From: an uncultured Verrucomicrobiae bacterium
GTDB taxonomy: Bacteria > Verrucomicrobiota > Verrucomicrobiia > Chthoniobacterales > Terrimicrobiaceae
Direction: 5' to 3'
DNA length: 64,000 bases
Assembly (NCBI GenBank): GCA_963708595.1
Contig: CAVPTR010000045.1
Location: forward strand, 6,875 to 70,874
Every line of letters starts with the position of its first letter. Position 1 is the first letter of the stretch. Below, piece after piece: positions 39,655-49,358 of this stretch. The notes beneath the pieces were generated by a model. It had not been told where the DNA came from and did no database searches. It saw only the letters and a program-made list of their open reading frames with translations. Both the position numbers and the translations under genes were made by a program.

Positions 39655-40097
39655 TCTGCAATGTCCATTTCGCAGAACAGGTGAAGGTAGGCGATTGCCG
39701 CGGAGCGGCAGTGATTTTCGAGGAGACGTTCGATGGCCTCCAACAGGCGCTCTTTCTGAGGCTGGGGAGGGAGAGTGTCAAGTAATCCGCGGCCGTCATG
39801 CTTGATGCCGAGGCTGTCGAGAAAACTGCAGATCAAGTGCTGGTGGTCCCCAAGCAGCCATGTTTGAAGCACCTCGGTAGCCGCGTCATCGTTGGCTTTT
39901 CGAGCCAGCTCAGCGTGCATCCACGCATGGCGTTCGGCGCGGGTTTTTCGCTCCAAAATGACAGGACGAAGTTTGCGGCGCGAAGCGAGCACCTGCACGC
40001 AAGCGCGGTAGGCGGGCTTGTCGTGCTGGTAGAGATACTGAAAGATCTCGCCTGCAGCCTCATCAGGGAGTCGCTGCAGGATTTCGTGGGCTTTCAT
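39582..40097 (-). CDS. Hypothetical protein (171 aa)
   Basis: An intact ORF with protein-like composition (MKAHEILQRLPDEAAGEIFQYLYQHDKPAYRACVQVL...). I recognise no family. Confidence 0.5.
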   Translation of the reverse strand: MKAHEILQRLPDEAAGEIFQYLYQHDKPAYRACVQVLASRRKLRPVILERKTRAERHAWMHAELARKANDDAATEVLQTWLLGDHQHLICSFLDSLGIKHDGRGLLDTLPPQPQKERLLEAIERLLENHCRSAAIAYLHLFCEMDIADWPALNEIISEDSRLCLAPQRLAA

Positions 40098-40202
40098 TGT
40101 CGCTGGCTGGGTCGCTAGGGGAAATCCGACGCGGAAAACAGACGGGAGTCAAGCACGGCGAGAATTTGACACGCGGCGCCAAAGCCGCTTGTATCCCGCG
40201 CA

Positions 40203-40715
40203 ATGAGGACATCCCTCGCATTCGCTTTGTTATCGCTCGCCTTCTCTTCGTGCTCGACCCCGCCAGGGCCGGCCACCAAGCTGGAAAAGGCTGCTGTCCT
40301 GCCGCTGGAAATCAACGACAATTTCCAGTTCCGCAAGATCAAACAATCCTTCTTCAATAGGGATCCCGTCCCGGTCACTCAAAGTGAGCCGGTACTATTT
40401 GAACGCCAGCGGATGGCGTGGGGGGCGGTGGATACGTACCAATTGGAACGGCGCTACGGAAACTACTACACATTCTTCTGGCGCACTTCGGAACGCGCTG
40501 ACGTGACCGTCCGCGTGGAATTCCGCCAGTCAGCCCTCGGCAATTATGTCATGGCCATGGAACGCTACTATCCCCAGGCGAAGGGCTCGTTCATATCGGA
40601 CTTCAACACGGCGGGCGACGAATATCTCGAGTCCGGCCGTGTCACTTCCTGGCGCGTTCTCCTGATTGTCGACGGTCGCATCGTTGCATTCAGGCAATCG
40701 TTTATGTGGCGCTAA
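40203..40715 (+). CDS. Lipoprotein, unknown function
   Basis: MRTSLAFALLSLAFSSC has a lipobox-like LAFSSC with Cys. 170 aa. Confidence 0.6.
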   Translation: MRTSLAFALLSLAFSSCSTPPGPATKLEKAAVLPLEINDNFQFRKIKQSFFNRDPVPVTQSEPVLFERQRMAWGAVDTYQLERRYGNYYTFFWRTSERADVTVRVEFRQSALGNYVMAMERYYPQAKGSFISDFNTAGDEYLESGRVTSWRVLLIVDGRIVAFRQSFMWR

Positions 40716-40770
40716 TGAGGGGGAGGGATTTGACAGCCGTCGCTGGACTGCGGTAGTTTCTCCAACTAGT

Positions 40771-41304
40771 GTGAACACGACATCGTCTGTCCTCGTCGGC
40801 TGCGTTGACCGCGCCGTATGGGTAAAGGTGGAAGGCCGAGGAACCTTCCAGAATAGCGCGGGCCTCAAGGAGTTTGTAAAACAAATGATCCAACGCGGGC
40901 ATAGGGATTTTGTGGTCGATCTGCGCGATTGCGAGCAGATGGATTCGACCTTCATGGGTACTCTGGCAGGGGTCGCCCTTCGTCTGCGCGAACTCGGCCA
41001 GGGAGGCTTGCGCACGATAAACGTAAATGACCGCAATGCCGGCCTGCTCAGCAGCCTCGGACTGGATCAACTTTTCCACGTGGAGGGTGCGGAGTCTGCG
41101 GTCGAGGGTCAGCCACAGGAGTTGGAACTTCGCGAGGCCAAGCAAGAGAAAGCGGGCCGCGACGAGCAGAAGCGATTCGTGCTCGAAGCGCACGAGGCTC
41201 TCGTGAAAGCGGACGCTGCCAACGAGGTGAAGTTCAAGGATGTGCTTGATTACATGCGGCATGAGCTGAACGTGTCTGATTCGGAAAGGACGCCGGATCA
41301 TTAG
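40771..41304 (+). CDS. STAS-domain protein (anti-sigma antagonist-like) with charged C-terminal extension
   Basis: VWVKVEGRGTFQNSAGLKEFVKQMIQRGHRDFVVDLRDCEQMDSTFMGTLAGVAL...INVNDRNAGLLSSLGLDQLF. A GTG start at 40771 avoids overlap with the lipoprotein gene. The ORF track's start is 40666. Confidence 0.7.
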   Translation: MNTTSSVLVGCVDRAVWVKVEGRGTFQNSAGLKEFVKQMIQRGHRDFVVDLRDCEQMDSTFMGTLAGVALRLRELGQGGLRTINVNDRNAGLLSSLGLDQLFHVEGAESAVEGQPQELELREAKQEKAGRDEQKRFVLEAHEALVKADAANEVKFKDVLDYMRHELNVSDSERTPDH

Positions 41305-41324
41305 GTTCTGCCTCATGCTCCGCC

Positions 41325-42752
41325 ATGTGGACATATATCTTTCTTGCGCTGTTTTTCGGCACCTTCATGGCCCTTCTCGTGGTGCTGAATACCTTCACGC
41401 GGCGCATAAGTGAGCTGGAGCGACAGCGTGCGGATCTTCAGGTCGAAGAGGATCGGGTTTTCGATTTCCTTCACGGTTTGGGAGAGGCCTTTTCCGAGGG
41501 GGTTAGCTCCACCGAGCTTCACCGTCTGATCGTCGAGAGCGCGATTCGGATTCTGAACGCGCATGGGGGGGCCCTCTACCTTATGGACAAGACGGAACCT
41601 GTTCTTGTTCCGGCATTCATTTCGAAGGGGTGCCCCGCGCTTGTCAAAGTGCCGGTTCATATCCTCGACCAAGCCACCGGTAATCGCCTTGCGCTTGATA
41701 GCTATTTGCGGCTGAGTTCTGCGCGACACGGCGAGGGTATCATCGGAGCCGCGCTGGAGAGTGGTCAATCGCGGCTGTATTCCGAGGAAGATCTTGCCTA
41801 TGCCCTCTCACCTGGCGACCTCATCGCGCATTCGGCGATTGTAGGGCCCCTTGCCTATCGCCGTAAGATCCTGGGCGTCCTCGGTTTGGCCAACGGCCCC
41901 ATGAGCACGCCATTTTCCGAGAAGGATCTCACCGTCTTCAAGACAATTGCCGAGCAATCGGCTTTCGCTCTTTACAACGAAGTAATTTATCTCGAAGCGG
42001 GAGAGAAAAAGCGTCTGGACCACGACCTTGAAATCGCTCGGGAAATCCAGGCGATCCTGCTGCCCTCGTCCCCACCGGTCGTAACGGGCTACGAACTCAG
42101 CGGCATCAACGTGCCGGCACGTCAGGTGAGCGGAGATTATTATGACTATATCCAAGTGGACCAACGGCGTGTAGGCGTCGCTATTGCCGATGTCTCGGGC
42201 AAGGGCGTGCCTGCCTCTTTGATAATGGCAATGTGCCGCAGTGTGATTCGTAGCGAGGCAGTCGGGAAGATTTCGGCCGCGGAGGTACTGCGCCGTGTGA
42301 ACCAACAACTCTATCCCGACATCAAGGAGGATATGTTTATCAGCATGGCCTACCTCATCCTCGACAAGGAGAGCAGCCACGTCACTCTCGCGCGAGCGGG
42401 GCACGATGCTCCACTCTGGTACCGGGCAGCGAACCAAAGCGTCGAAAAGCTCACCCCGAAAGGCATGGCCCTCGGCATTGACAGCGGAGAAGTCTTCAAT
42501 AGAGTCACCGCCGACTTCTCCTTTGAGATGGCGACCGATGATTGCCTGTTACTCTACACTGACGGAGCGACGGAAGCCCTTGATGAAGAGGGCATGGAGT
42601 TTGGACTCCCCCGATTGGTGCGGGCTCTGCAATCCAGCGCCACGCAGGGGGCAACAGGCGTCATGAAGCGGCTTACGGAGGAGGTGAAAAATTTCGCGGG
42701 GAATTTTCCCCAGCATGACGACATTACATTGATTGCCATCCGTAAACGATGA
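41325..42752 (+). CDS. PP2C-family serine phosphatase (RsbU/SpoIIE-like) with N-terminal TM segment and GAF domain
   Basis: MWTYIFLALFFGTFMALLVVL is the TM segment, followed by a GAF-like middle. The PP2C motifs are RQVSGDYYDYI, VAIADVSGKGVPASL, LYTDGATEA and DDITLIAI. Confidence 0.85.
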   Translation: MWTYIFLALFFGTFMALLVVLNTFTRRISELERQRADLQVEEDRVFDFLHGLGEAFSEGVSSTELHRLIVESAIRILNAHGGALYLMDKTEPVLVPAFISKGCPALVKVPVHILDQATGNRLALDSYLRLSSARHGEGIIGAALESGQSRLYSEEDLAYALSPGDLIAHSAIVGPLAYRRKILGVLGLANGPMSTPFSEKDLTVFKTIAEQSAFALYNEVIYLEAGEKKRLDHDLEIAREIQAILLPSSPPVVTGYELSGINVPARQVSGDYYDYIQVDQRRVGVAIADVSGKGVPASLIMAMCRSVIRSEAVGKISAAEVLRRVNQQLYPDIKEDMFISMAYLILDKESSHVTLARAGHDAPLWYRAANQSVEKLTPKGMALGIDSGEVFNRVTADFSFEMATDDCLLLYTDGATEALDEEGMEFGLPRLVRALQSSATQGATGVMKRLTEEVKNFAGNFPQHDDITLIAIRKR

Positions 42753-43272
42753 ATAGCCAACCGGAAATCGAACCCGAGAGCCAGACTGTGCCGGCCGAGG
42801 AGCCGCAGCTTGATGCCGCGGCGAATATCGCCGCGGAACTTGAAAAGTATAAGGATGCCGCTCTTCGCGCGCGTGCGGACCTTGATAACTATCGAAAGCG
42901 TGTCGCTCGCGAGAAAGAGGATGCCATCCGCTATGCAAACAACTCGCTCCTCGAGAGTCTGCTGCCCATTCTCGATAATTTTGAACTCGGCCTCGACGCG
43001 GCCAAAAATGCAGCGGACGCTGCGGGCATCATTCAAGGACTGGAAATGGTACGCAAGCAGCTTGAGGATTTCCTTCGCGACCACGGTGTCGAGATTGTGA
43101 ATGCGGTAGGGAATCCCTTCGATCCGAACCTTCACGAAGCTGTGGCCCATGAACCAAGTCCCGATGTGGCCGAGGGCGCAGTCGTGTACGACAGCTTCGC
43201 AAAGGTTTCAAATTGAAGGATCGCTTGATTCGACCTGCCAGCGTGGTCGTTTCGAAGGGAACGCCCGACTGA
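42749..43272 (+). pseudogene. grpE: Nucleotide exchange factor GrpE; one deletion-type frame change near 43203
   Basis: ...ELEKYKDAALRARADLDNYRKRVAREKEDAIRYANNSLLESLLPILDNFELGL...[11 protein letters not shown]... then the shifted tail [23 protein letters not shown]. The ATG overlaps the phosphatase stop (ATGA), and the stop overlaps the dnaJ ATG (TGATG). Confidence 0.85.
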
Positions 43273-44411
43273 TGACCCGTAAACGCGATTATTACGAAGT
43301 GCTCGGCGTCGAGAGGGAAGCCGGCGAGGAGGATATCAAGCGGGCCTATCGAAAGCTCGCGGTGAAGTTTCATCCTGACAAGAATCCGGGTGATCACGCG
43401 GCCGAGGATCGATTCAAGGAACTCGGCGAGGCCTACGAGGCCCTGAGCGATCCGCAGAAACGCGCCGCTTATGACCGCTACGGCCATGCGGCGTTCCAAC
43501 AGGGCGGCTTCGGCGGCGCAGGTGGCGGCTTTCACGATCCCTTCGACCTTTTTCGGGAGGTTTTTGGGACGGCCGGCGGGGGAGCCGGTATTTTCGAGCA
43601 TTTCTTTGGCGGCGGGCAGGCTGACGGTTCGGGACGCCAGCGCGGTTCGGATTTGCGCTACGACATGCAGATTACGCTGGAAGAGGCTTCCAGGGGCTGT
43701 GAAAAGGAAATCGAGATTCGGAAGCTGGACGCTTGTGAGGAGTGCGAAGGCTCCGGAGCGCAAAAGGGCTCCCATGCAGTCACCTGCTCGGTCTGCCGCG
43801 GACGCGGTCAGGTCGTCGCCTCGCGCGGATTCTTCCAGGTCGCGCAGACCTGCCCGAACTGCCAGGGCACGGGTCGTGTCATTGAGAAACCGTGCCGCAC
43901 GTGCCATGGCGATGGCCGTGTGGAGCGCACTTCTCGGGTGAAGTTGAAGATTCCCGCGGGTATCGACGAAGGCGCCCGCCTGCGCAGCGCCGGTGGGGGA
44001 GAGGCCGGATTGCGCAACGGAACCTCCGGCGATCTTTACGTGGTCATTCATATCAAGGAACATTCCATCTTTCAGCGTGACGGGATGGACCTGCACTGCG
44101 AGATGCCGATTCCCTTCTCCATCGCGGCGCTGGGCGGTGAAGTTCGCGTCCCCACTCTCACCGGCGCGGTGAATTTGAAGATTCCCTCTGGCACGCAGAG
44201 CGACAGCGTCTTCCGAGTTCGCGCCCAGGGAATGCCCTCTCTTCAAGGTTCCAGTCGCGGCGACATCCTAGCACGCGTTCAAGTCGAGGTGCCCACGCGA
44301 CTCAACGCGGAACAGCGCAAGGCGCTCGAGCATTTCGCGCAACTTTGCGGTGAGGATAACACTCCTTTGCATAAGAGCTTCACGGATCGACTAAGAGACC
44401 TCTTCAGTTAG
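43272..44411 (+). CDS. dnaJ: Molecular chaperone DnaJ
   Basis: [40 protein letters not shown] is the J domain. It is followed by a G/F region and four CxxCxGxG zinc motifs ([32 protein letters not shown]). Confidence 0.95.
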   Translation: MTRKRDYYEVLGVEREAGEEDIKRAYRKLAVKFHPDKNPGDHAAEDRFKELGEAYEALSDPQKRAAYDRYGHAAFQQGGFGGAGGGFHDPFDLFREVFGTAGGGAGIFEHFFGGGQADGSGRQRGSDLRYDMQITLEEASRGCEKEIEIRKLDACEECEGSGAQKGSHAVTCSVCRGRGQVVASRGFFQVAQTCPNCQGTGRVIEKPCRTCHGDGRVERTSRVKLKIPAGIDEGARLRSAGGGEAGLRNGTSGDLYVVIHIKEHSIFQRDGMDLHCEMPIPFSIAALGGEVRVPTLTGAVNLKIPSGTQSDSVFRVRAQGMPSLQGSSRGDILARVQVEVPTRLNAEQRKALEHFAQLCGEDNTPLHKSFTDRLRDLFS

Positions 44412-44428
44412 CACCTGTCGGACTTGCA

Positions 44429-45898
44429 ATGGTCGTCACTTGCGAAGAAATGAGGCACGCCGAAGAGGCGGCATTCGCACGGGGTGTGCGGGCGGAAGAT
44501 TTGATGGAAGAGGCCGGCCGCGGGATTGCCGAGATCGTGCGGCAATTTCACCGGATGCCGGGGCTCTGCACCGTGTTCTGCGGGAAAGGCCACAATGCCG
44601 GAGATGGGCTGGTTGCCGCGCGGTATCTGGCTGCCTGGGGATGGAGGATCGACGTGCATTTAGCCTACCCGGAGTCCACGTTGGCTCCGCTTACGGCCAA
44701 GAAGCTGAAAGAGCTTCCGAAACCCCATGGTGCCGGCCAGGATTCGAACTCGAAGATCGTTCTGGACGGTCTCGTCGGGATCGGAGCGCGCGGAGAACCG
44801 CGTGGAGAAATTGCGGAGTCGATCCGGTCGTTGAACCGCCTCCGACGCGATGAGGGCGCGTGGGTCCTTGCCATCGACATTCCGAGCGGCCTCGACGGGG
44901 ATACTGGGCTGCCGGCTTTAACCTGCGTGGTGGCCGATCTCACCGCGACAATAGCTTGCGTGAAGACTGGCTTGGTGGCCGATGCGGCGACCAATGCCGT
45001 TGGACGACTCGCTGTTGTTGAGCTCAAGGATCTCTCGAAATCGGACTCTGGCTTGTGGCGCATGGCGACGGCGGATGCGCTAAGGACCTGGCTTCCTGCG
45101 CGTGCGTTCGACCTGCATAAAGGTGATTGCGGCCGAGTAGGAATTATCGCCGGATCTCCGGGGTTTACCGGTGCGGCGCGTCTGTGCAGCGAGGCAGCTG
45201 TGCGGGCGGGAGCGGGGCTCGTCACGGTCCTTGCGAAGCCTGATACGGCCAAGTTACTGGCGATCTCATGCATCCCTGAAGTCATGGTCAAGACTGTCGA
45301 GAATTATCGTGAAGTGCATGATCTGCGCTTTGATTCGCTGGCTATCGGGCCAGGCTTGGGTCTGCAACACGCTGAAGAAATTCTCTCTGTGATCCGAGAC
45401 GCCACGCAACCCATGGTCGTGGACGCCGATGCGCTGAACGCGCTTTCTCGGGAGGTCCGTTTACTCGACAGTTGCGCCGGTCCACGCCTGCTCACGCCGC
45501 ATCCCGGGGAAATGGAACGTCTCTATCCTCAACAGGGCCGAACGCGCCAGCAATGGATGGAAGATTTTCTGGCGAAGTGTCCGGTTACGCTACTTCTCAA
45601 AGGTGCGCGAACGCTTGTCGGTGACGCGCAAGGTGGACGATTCATCAACACCACGGGAAATCCAGGTATGGCCAGCGGTGGAATGGGCGATGTGCTGACG
45701 GGAGTTTGCGCAGCTCTGACACCGCAATTGTCTGAAAAGAGTGCACTTAAGAGCGCAATCCTTGGCGCTTGGCTTTGCGGCCGCTCCGCCGAAATCGCGG
45801 TTTTCAAACCGCTCGGTTCAGCGGAATTTCTTTGCGCCAGTTCGGTTGTCAATCATCTTGGCGGGGCCTTCGAGAGCCTGCGTGCCGGAGATTACTAG
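44429..45898 (+). CDS. nnr: Bifunctional NAD(P)H-hydrate repair enzyme (epimerase / ADP-dependent dehydratase)
   Basis: The YjeF N-terminal domain (CGKGHNAGDGLVAARYL) is joined to a C-terminal carbohydrate-kinase-like domain (HKGDCGRVGIIAGS...TGNPGMASGGMGDVLTG). Confidence 0.85.
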   Translation: MVVTCEEMRHAEEAAFARGVRAEDLMEEAGRGIAEIVRQFHRMPGLCTVFCGKGHNAGDGLVAARYLAAWGWRIDVHLAYPESTLAPLTAKKLKELPKPHGAGQDSNSKIVLDGLVGIGARGEPRGEIAESIRSLNRLRRDEGAWVLAIDIPSGLDGDTGLPALTCVVADLTATIACVKTGLVADAATNAVGRLAVVELKDLSKSDSGLWRMATADALRTWLPARAFDLHKGDCGRVGIIAGSPGFTGAARLCSEAAVRAGAGLVTVLAKPDTAKLLAISCIPEVMVKTVENYREVHDLRFDSLAIGPGLGLQHAEEILSVIRDATQPMVVDADALNALSREVRLLDSCAGPRLLTPHPGEMERLYPQQGRTRQQWMEDFLAKCPVTLLLKGARTLVGDAQGGRFINTTGNPGMASGGMGDVLTGVCAALTPQLSEKSALKSAILGAWLCGRSAEIAVFKPLGSAEFLCASSVVNHLGGAFESLRAGDY

Positions 45899-45937
45899 CC
45901 TTAGCCTATCGCCATCCGCAGCGGCTATCACCTTGAG

Positions 45938-46216
45938 ATGAACAGAGAGCCATTCGAGCGTGCAGAAAGGAAGCTCATGAGCGATACTGTGGATATGGAA
46001 ACGCCACAACATTCGCGCAGTGGAGAAGAGCCGGGTTCACAAGACCAGCCGCTCAAGGAAGCGGAAGGTCCCTTGAAAGACAAACCAGCTCCCCCGGAGC
46101 AGCCCGCCGGAGAGAAAGCGGCGGAGGACGATCAAGCGGACGAGTTGACCCCTAAGGACGAAGAGCCGGGAACTTTCGACAGGGTGTACGAACACGGCAG
46201 GCAGATGGGGTTCTAA
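45938..46216 (+). CDS. Small acidic hypothetical protein
   Basis: A 92-aa ORF that is Glu/Asp/Pro-rich and looks low-complexity. I recognise no family. It may start at the internal ATG (MSDTVDMETPQ). Confidence 0.35.
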   Translation: MNREPFERAERKLMSDTVDMETPQHSRSGEEPGSQDQPLKEAEGPLKDKPAPPEQPAGEKAAEDDQADELTPKDEEPGTFDRVYEHGRQMGF

Positions 46217-46222
46217 ATCCAC

Positions 46223-47305
46223 TCAATCGCCGGCGTCCTTCTTGTTTCGTGTCAAGACAGGGAGACGCCGCCGCTTAAAAGCATCCCATCCCGGCAGGAG
46301 CTTGTGAAAAAGCTTCTTCGAATCGTTTATAGGGATGTCTTCAATGAAATACGCGATCGCGGCGCGGCCGACGGCGTAAGTTCCGGCTCCTGCAACCATT
46401 CCCGAGACGGCGTTGCCCCACACTGGTACGATTTTGATGATCGCGCGGGCGCCTTCGCGAAAGAGGATTCCCGCGCCAATATTGAGTCCGAGAGCGCCGA
46501 GAAATTCCCCAAAGGTCAGCGCGGTGACGGGCTTTCCAGTGGTGTAGATAATGAGACCGACCATAAGCGTTTGCAGCGTGGTCAGGACAGGCATGTCGGC
46601 GAGGGGGATGGGTTGGAGGCCGATGACACCGCATACGGCGGTGAAGGATGTCAGCAGCGAGCCGGCAATTTGGGCCTGCGCCTCCTTTGCGCCGGTAAGG
46701 CGAGCGAATTCGAGGCGAGCGACGTTTGGAAGAACTGCACAAACCGCCTCCGCTACGGAATCGCCCGCTTCCGGCGCGCAGACCGTCACCCGCCTCATAG
46801 AAAATTCGCGCTTTCCGCTTAAAAGCGCCGCCAGGCGCGCCCGTGAGCTATCTCCGCCAAAGGAAATGCCAACAAGCGGAGTTTCCTTTGGACAGGCGGC
46901 AATTCGCGCAGCGGCCAGTTCGAAAGCGGCTTCGTCGTCCGGCGATTGCCTGAGGAGAAATCCGGCATCGGGCACAAATCGGGAAAGGGCGGAGTCGAAG
47001 ACAGCCTGAGGTGTGTCAAGTCTCGCGTCAAGAATGAGGATCTCTCCGCGGTCCGGCACACGGTAAACGCGCCAACCGTTGTCGCTCTCGCCGGTCTCCA
47101 CTGTGATACCCGCCACGGAATGCAAAAACTCCGGGATGCTTTTTCCGGAGCCGCCAAGGAGTAAGATTCTTGCCGGACGCTGTTCGAGGAAGAGCTCGCG
47201 GATCGGTACGAGTTCGCGAAGAACCGGCTTCTGCAAGCCCCCCGGGAGCTTTTCCACGAGCTTGGTCAGCCGATCGTACAGACTCAGAAGGTTGTCACGG
47301 TTCAA
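46223..47305 (-). CDS. DUF697-like membrane-associated protein with degenerate GTPase-like N-terminal domain
   Basis: The C-terminus QPIPLADMPVLTTLQTLMVGLIIYTTGK...GAGILFREGARAIIKIVPVWGNAVSGMVAGAGTYAVGRAAIAYF resembles DUF697. LLLGGSGKS is an incomplete P-loop. The start is uncertain: the track's ATG at 47491 would overlap bcp, so I use the TTG at 47305. Confidence 0.5.
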   Translation of the reverse strand: MNRDNLLSLYDRLTKLVEKLPGGLQKPVLRELVPIRELFLEQRPARILLLGGSGKSIPEFLHSVAGITVETGESDNGWRVYRVPDRGEILILDARLDTPQAVFDSALSRFVPDAGFLLRQSPDDEAAFELAAARIAACPKETPLVGISFGGDSSRARLAALLSGKREFSMRRVTVCAPEAGDSVAEAVCAVLPNVARLEFARLTGAKEAQAQIAGSLLTSFTAVCGVIGLQPIPLADMPVLTTLQTLMVGLIIYTTGKPVTALTFGEFLGALGLNIGAGILFREGARAIIKIVPVWGNAVSGMVAGAGTYAVGRAAIAYFIEDIPINDSKKLFHKLLPGWDAFKRRRLPVLTRNKKDAGD

Positions 47306-47786
47306 AGTTACGGAGACTCTCGATGACTGTTTCGGCGTGTTCTTCGGGTTTAACGCTACGGAAGATCGACTTGATGCGGCCGTCCGGCCGAATGACAAAA
47401 GTGCTGCGCTCCGTTCCCATATAGGTCTTGCCTTCTTTGGTCTTCTCGATCCATACGCCATAGGCTTGGACGATCTCCTGCCGCTCGTCACTAATCAGTG
47501 GGAACGGGAGGCTGTGTTTGGCAATGAATTTGGCGTGGCTCTCCGGCGGATCGATGCTCACGCCGAAAACAATGGCGCCTGTTTGGATCAATGGTTCGTA
47601 CCTATCGCGCAGGGCACAGGCCTGCGCGGTGCACCCAGGCGTGTCGTCCTTTGGATAAAAGTAGATCACGACTGTCTTCCCCCTGAAATCCGACAGCCTG
47701 ACGGTTTGACCGTCCCCATAAGCCCCTCCGACGGCGATGGCAGAAAAGTCCGGGGCATAGTTTCCGGGAGCAAGAGGCGGCGGCAT
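47295..47786 (-). CDS. bcp: Thioredoxin-dependent peroxiredoxin Bcp
   Basis: VVIYFYPKDDTPGCTAQACALRD carries the peroxidatic Cys motif. ...SDERQEIVQAYGVW. Confidence 0.88.
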   Translation of the reverse strand: MPPPLAPGNYAPDFSAIAVGGAYGDGQTVRLSDFRGKTVVIYFYPKDDTPGCTAQACALRDRYEPLIQTGAIVFGVSIDPPESHAKFIAKHSLPFPLISDERQEIVQAYGVWIEKTKEGKTYMGTERSTFVIRPDGRIKSIFRSVKPEEHAETVIESLRNFEP

Positions 47787-48143
47787 GGTGCAGACAATTT
47801 ACCGCGGTTCTTCCATTTGCAAGCCCTCAACGAAATGTCGGCAAACCCAACGTTGAACAGGCGACGATTCCTGCTTTGCTTTGCCGCTAGCAGCCTGTCG
47901 GACTTGAAATCGAACTCTCATTTTATGGATACATCGCCGTTAGGAAACGAAGTCTCCCTGCATGACAGGCTGCTAAAATTCCGCCTCCGGCGCAAAATCA
48001 GGGACAAATCCTGCTTCTATTCGGCATGTTTTGCCGTCTTAGTGCGGCAACTGCCGGATCGAACGTGCTTGCGCCGCGAGACGGGATTTCCGACGAAAAT
48101 TCGACACGGACTTTCACGTTCGACAGCCTGCTAGATAGATCGT

Positions 48144-49358
48144 TTGAAGACTCTTCGCTCACGGATCGTCTTGCCGCTGGCTGCCCCGCCAATCGAGGAC
48201 GGCGTGGTCCATGTGGATGCGGGGAGGATTGTCGCCGTGGGACGGGCGCGAGAACTGTCCGGCGGTGACGTCGAAGACCTTGGCGACTCCGTCCTCATGC
48301 CCGGGCTCATCAATGCACATTGCCATCTCGACTTCACGGTCATGCGCGGCGCCATTCTCCAGCAGGAGAATTTTCCCAACTGGGTGCGCCGGATCAATGA
48401 TCTGAAGCGCACGCTTTCGGACGACGACTATTTGCATTCGATCTCTGATGGGTTTACCGAATTGCGCCGTTGGGGAACTACTAGCGTATTCAATATCGAG
48501 TCCTTTCCCGAACTCATGGTGCGAATGCCGCCTCCGCCGATTCGCGCATGGTGGTTCTATGAGCTCATCGACGTCCGCAACCGCATCCACACCGAGGATG
48601 TTGTGGCTGGTGCTCTCACGTTTTTTGACAAGCATCCGAACTGGCTTGGCGGTTTCGGGCTCTCGCCTCACGCCCCATACACGACGTCAGCGAGACTTTA
48701 CGAACTGGCAAGGTTCTGCTGCGACAAATATTCGATGCCCTGGACGACGCATCTGGCCGAAACAGAGGAAGAATTCGAGATGTTTGTGAGGGCCTCTGGT
48801 CCGCTGCATGATTTTCTTAGGGAATTGGGCCGTGGCATGCACGATGCTGGCGGCATTACCCCTGTGGCGCGGCTCTTCGGCGATCATGCGGTGCCGAGAG
48901 GCGGCATTCTGACGCACATGAATTGCCTGGCGGACTCCGATTACAAACTCCTGGCGTCCCACGCGAGGGATATCGCTGTGGTCCATTGTCCGAAATGCCA
49001 CGAGTATTTCGGACGTCCGCCTTTCGAGCTGGACCGATTTCGTTCCGTCGGAATTTCCGTTTGTTTGGGCACGGATAGCCTGGCTAGCAACACGTCGCTC
49101 AATCTCTTCGAGGAAATGCGACATTTTCGCGGGAATTTTCCTCATATTTCCTCTCAGGAGATCCTCGACATGGTCACACGACGCCCAGCACGGGCCATTG
49201 GCCTTTCGGGTGAGTTGGGAGAAATCACCGCCGGCGCTCACGCCGACCTGATCGCAGTGGGCTATTCAGGCGCAGTAGGCGACGTGTTTGATGCTTTGCT
49301 GGATAATTCCCAGCCTATCGCATGGATGATGGTGGGTGGGCGGTCTCAAAGAACGTAG
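48144..49358 (+). CDS. Metal-dependent amidohydrolase (nucleoside/aminofutalosine deaminase-like)
   Basis: PIEDGVVHVDAGRIVAVG...LMPGLINAHCHLDF (HxH motif)...THLAET...GTDSLASN. TTG start in the ORF track. Substrate unknown. Confidence 0.7.
   Translation: MKTLRSRIVLPLAAPPIEDGVVHVDAGRIVAVGRARELSGGDVEDLGDSVLMPGLINAHCHLDFTVMRGAILQQENFPNWVRRINDLKRTLSDDDYLHSISDGFTELRRWGTTSVFNIESFPELMVRMPPPPIRAWWFYELIDVRNRIHTEDVVAGALTFFDKHPNWLGGFGLSPHAPYTTSARLYELARFCCDKYSMPWTTHLAETEEEFEMFVRASGPLHDFLRELGRGMHDAGGITPVARLFGDHAVPRGGILTHMNCLADSDYKLLASHARDIAVVHCPKCHEYFGRPPFELDRFRSVGISVCLGTDSLASNTSLNLFEEMRHFRGNFPHISSQEILDMVTRRPARAIGLSGELGEITAGAHADLIAVGYSGAVGDVFDALLDNSQPIAWMMVGGRSQRT

Noticed and set aside
43029-44246. Very long antisense ORFs: 43029..44246(-) at 405 aa, 37499..38821(+) at 440 aa, 47079..48134(+), 12303..13286(-), 49637..50536(+), 31288..32124(+), 33289..34113(-), 6073..6840(-), 21216..21941(-), 27..476(+), 693..1304(+).
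   Set aside because: Each lies opposite a confidently identified gene (dnaJ, msbA/pilD, DUF697/bcp, avtA, FUSC, DUF4139, rnhC/mutY, carA, permease, the SDR, GT2). Each has Arg/Ala/Gly/Pro-rich composition typical of shadow ORFs in GC-rich DNA. I recognise no family signature in any of them.
44408-44414. A CIRCE half-site (TTAGCAC) near the chaperone genes.
   Set aside because: Only the first 7 nt match. The N9-GAGTGCTAA partner is absent, and the site lies after dnaJ rather than upstream of grpE.
47836-48143. A Tat-signal-like ORF (MSANPTLNRRRFLLCFAAS...) lying in the same frame as the downstream amidohydrolase and separated from it by a single TAG (48132-48134).
   Set aside because: After the first ~20 residues the 100-aa translation is Arg/Cys-rich and not protein-like. 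The amidohydrolase N-terminus (..IVLPLAAPPIEDGVVHV..GRIVAVG) already matches the family's normal start. The shared frame is most likely coincidence.
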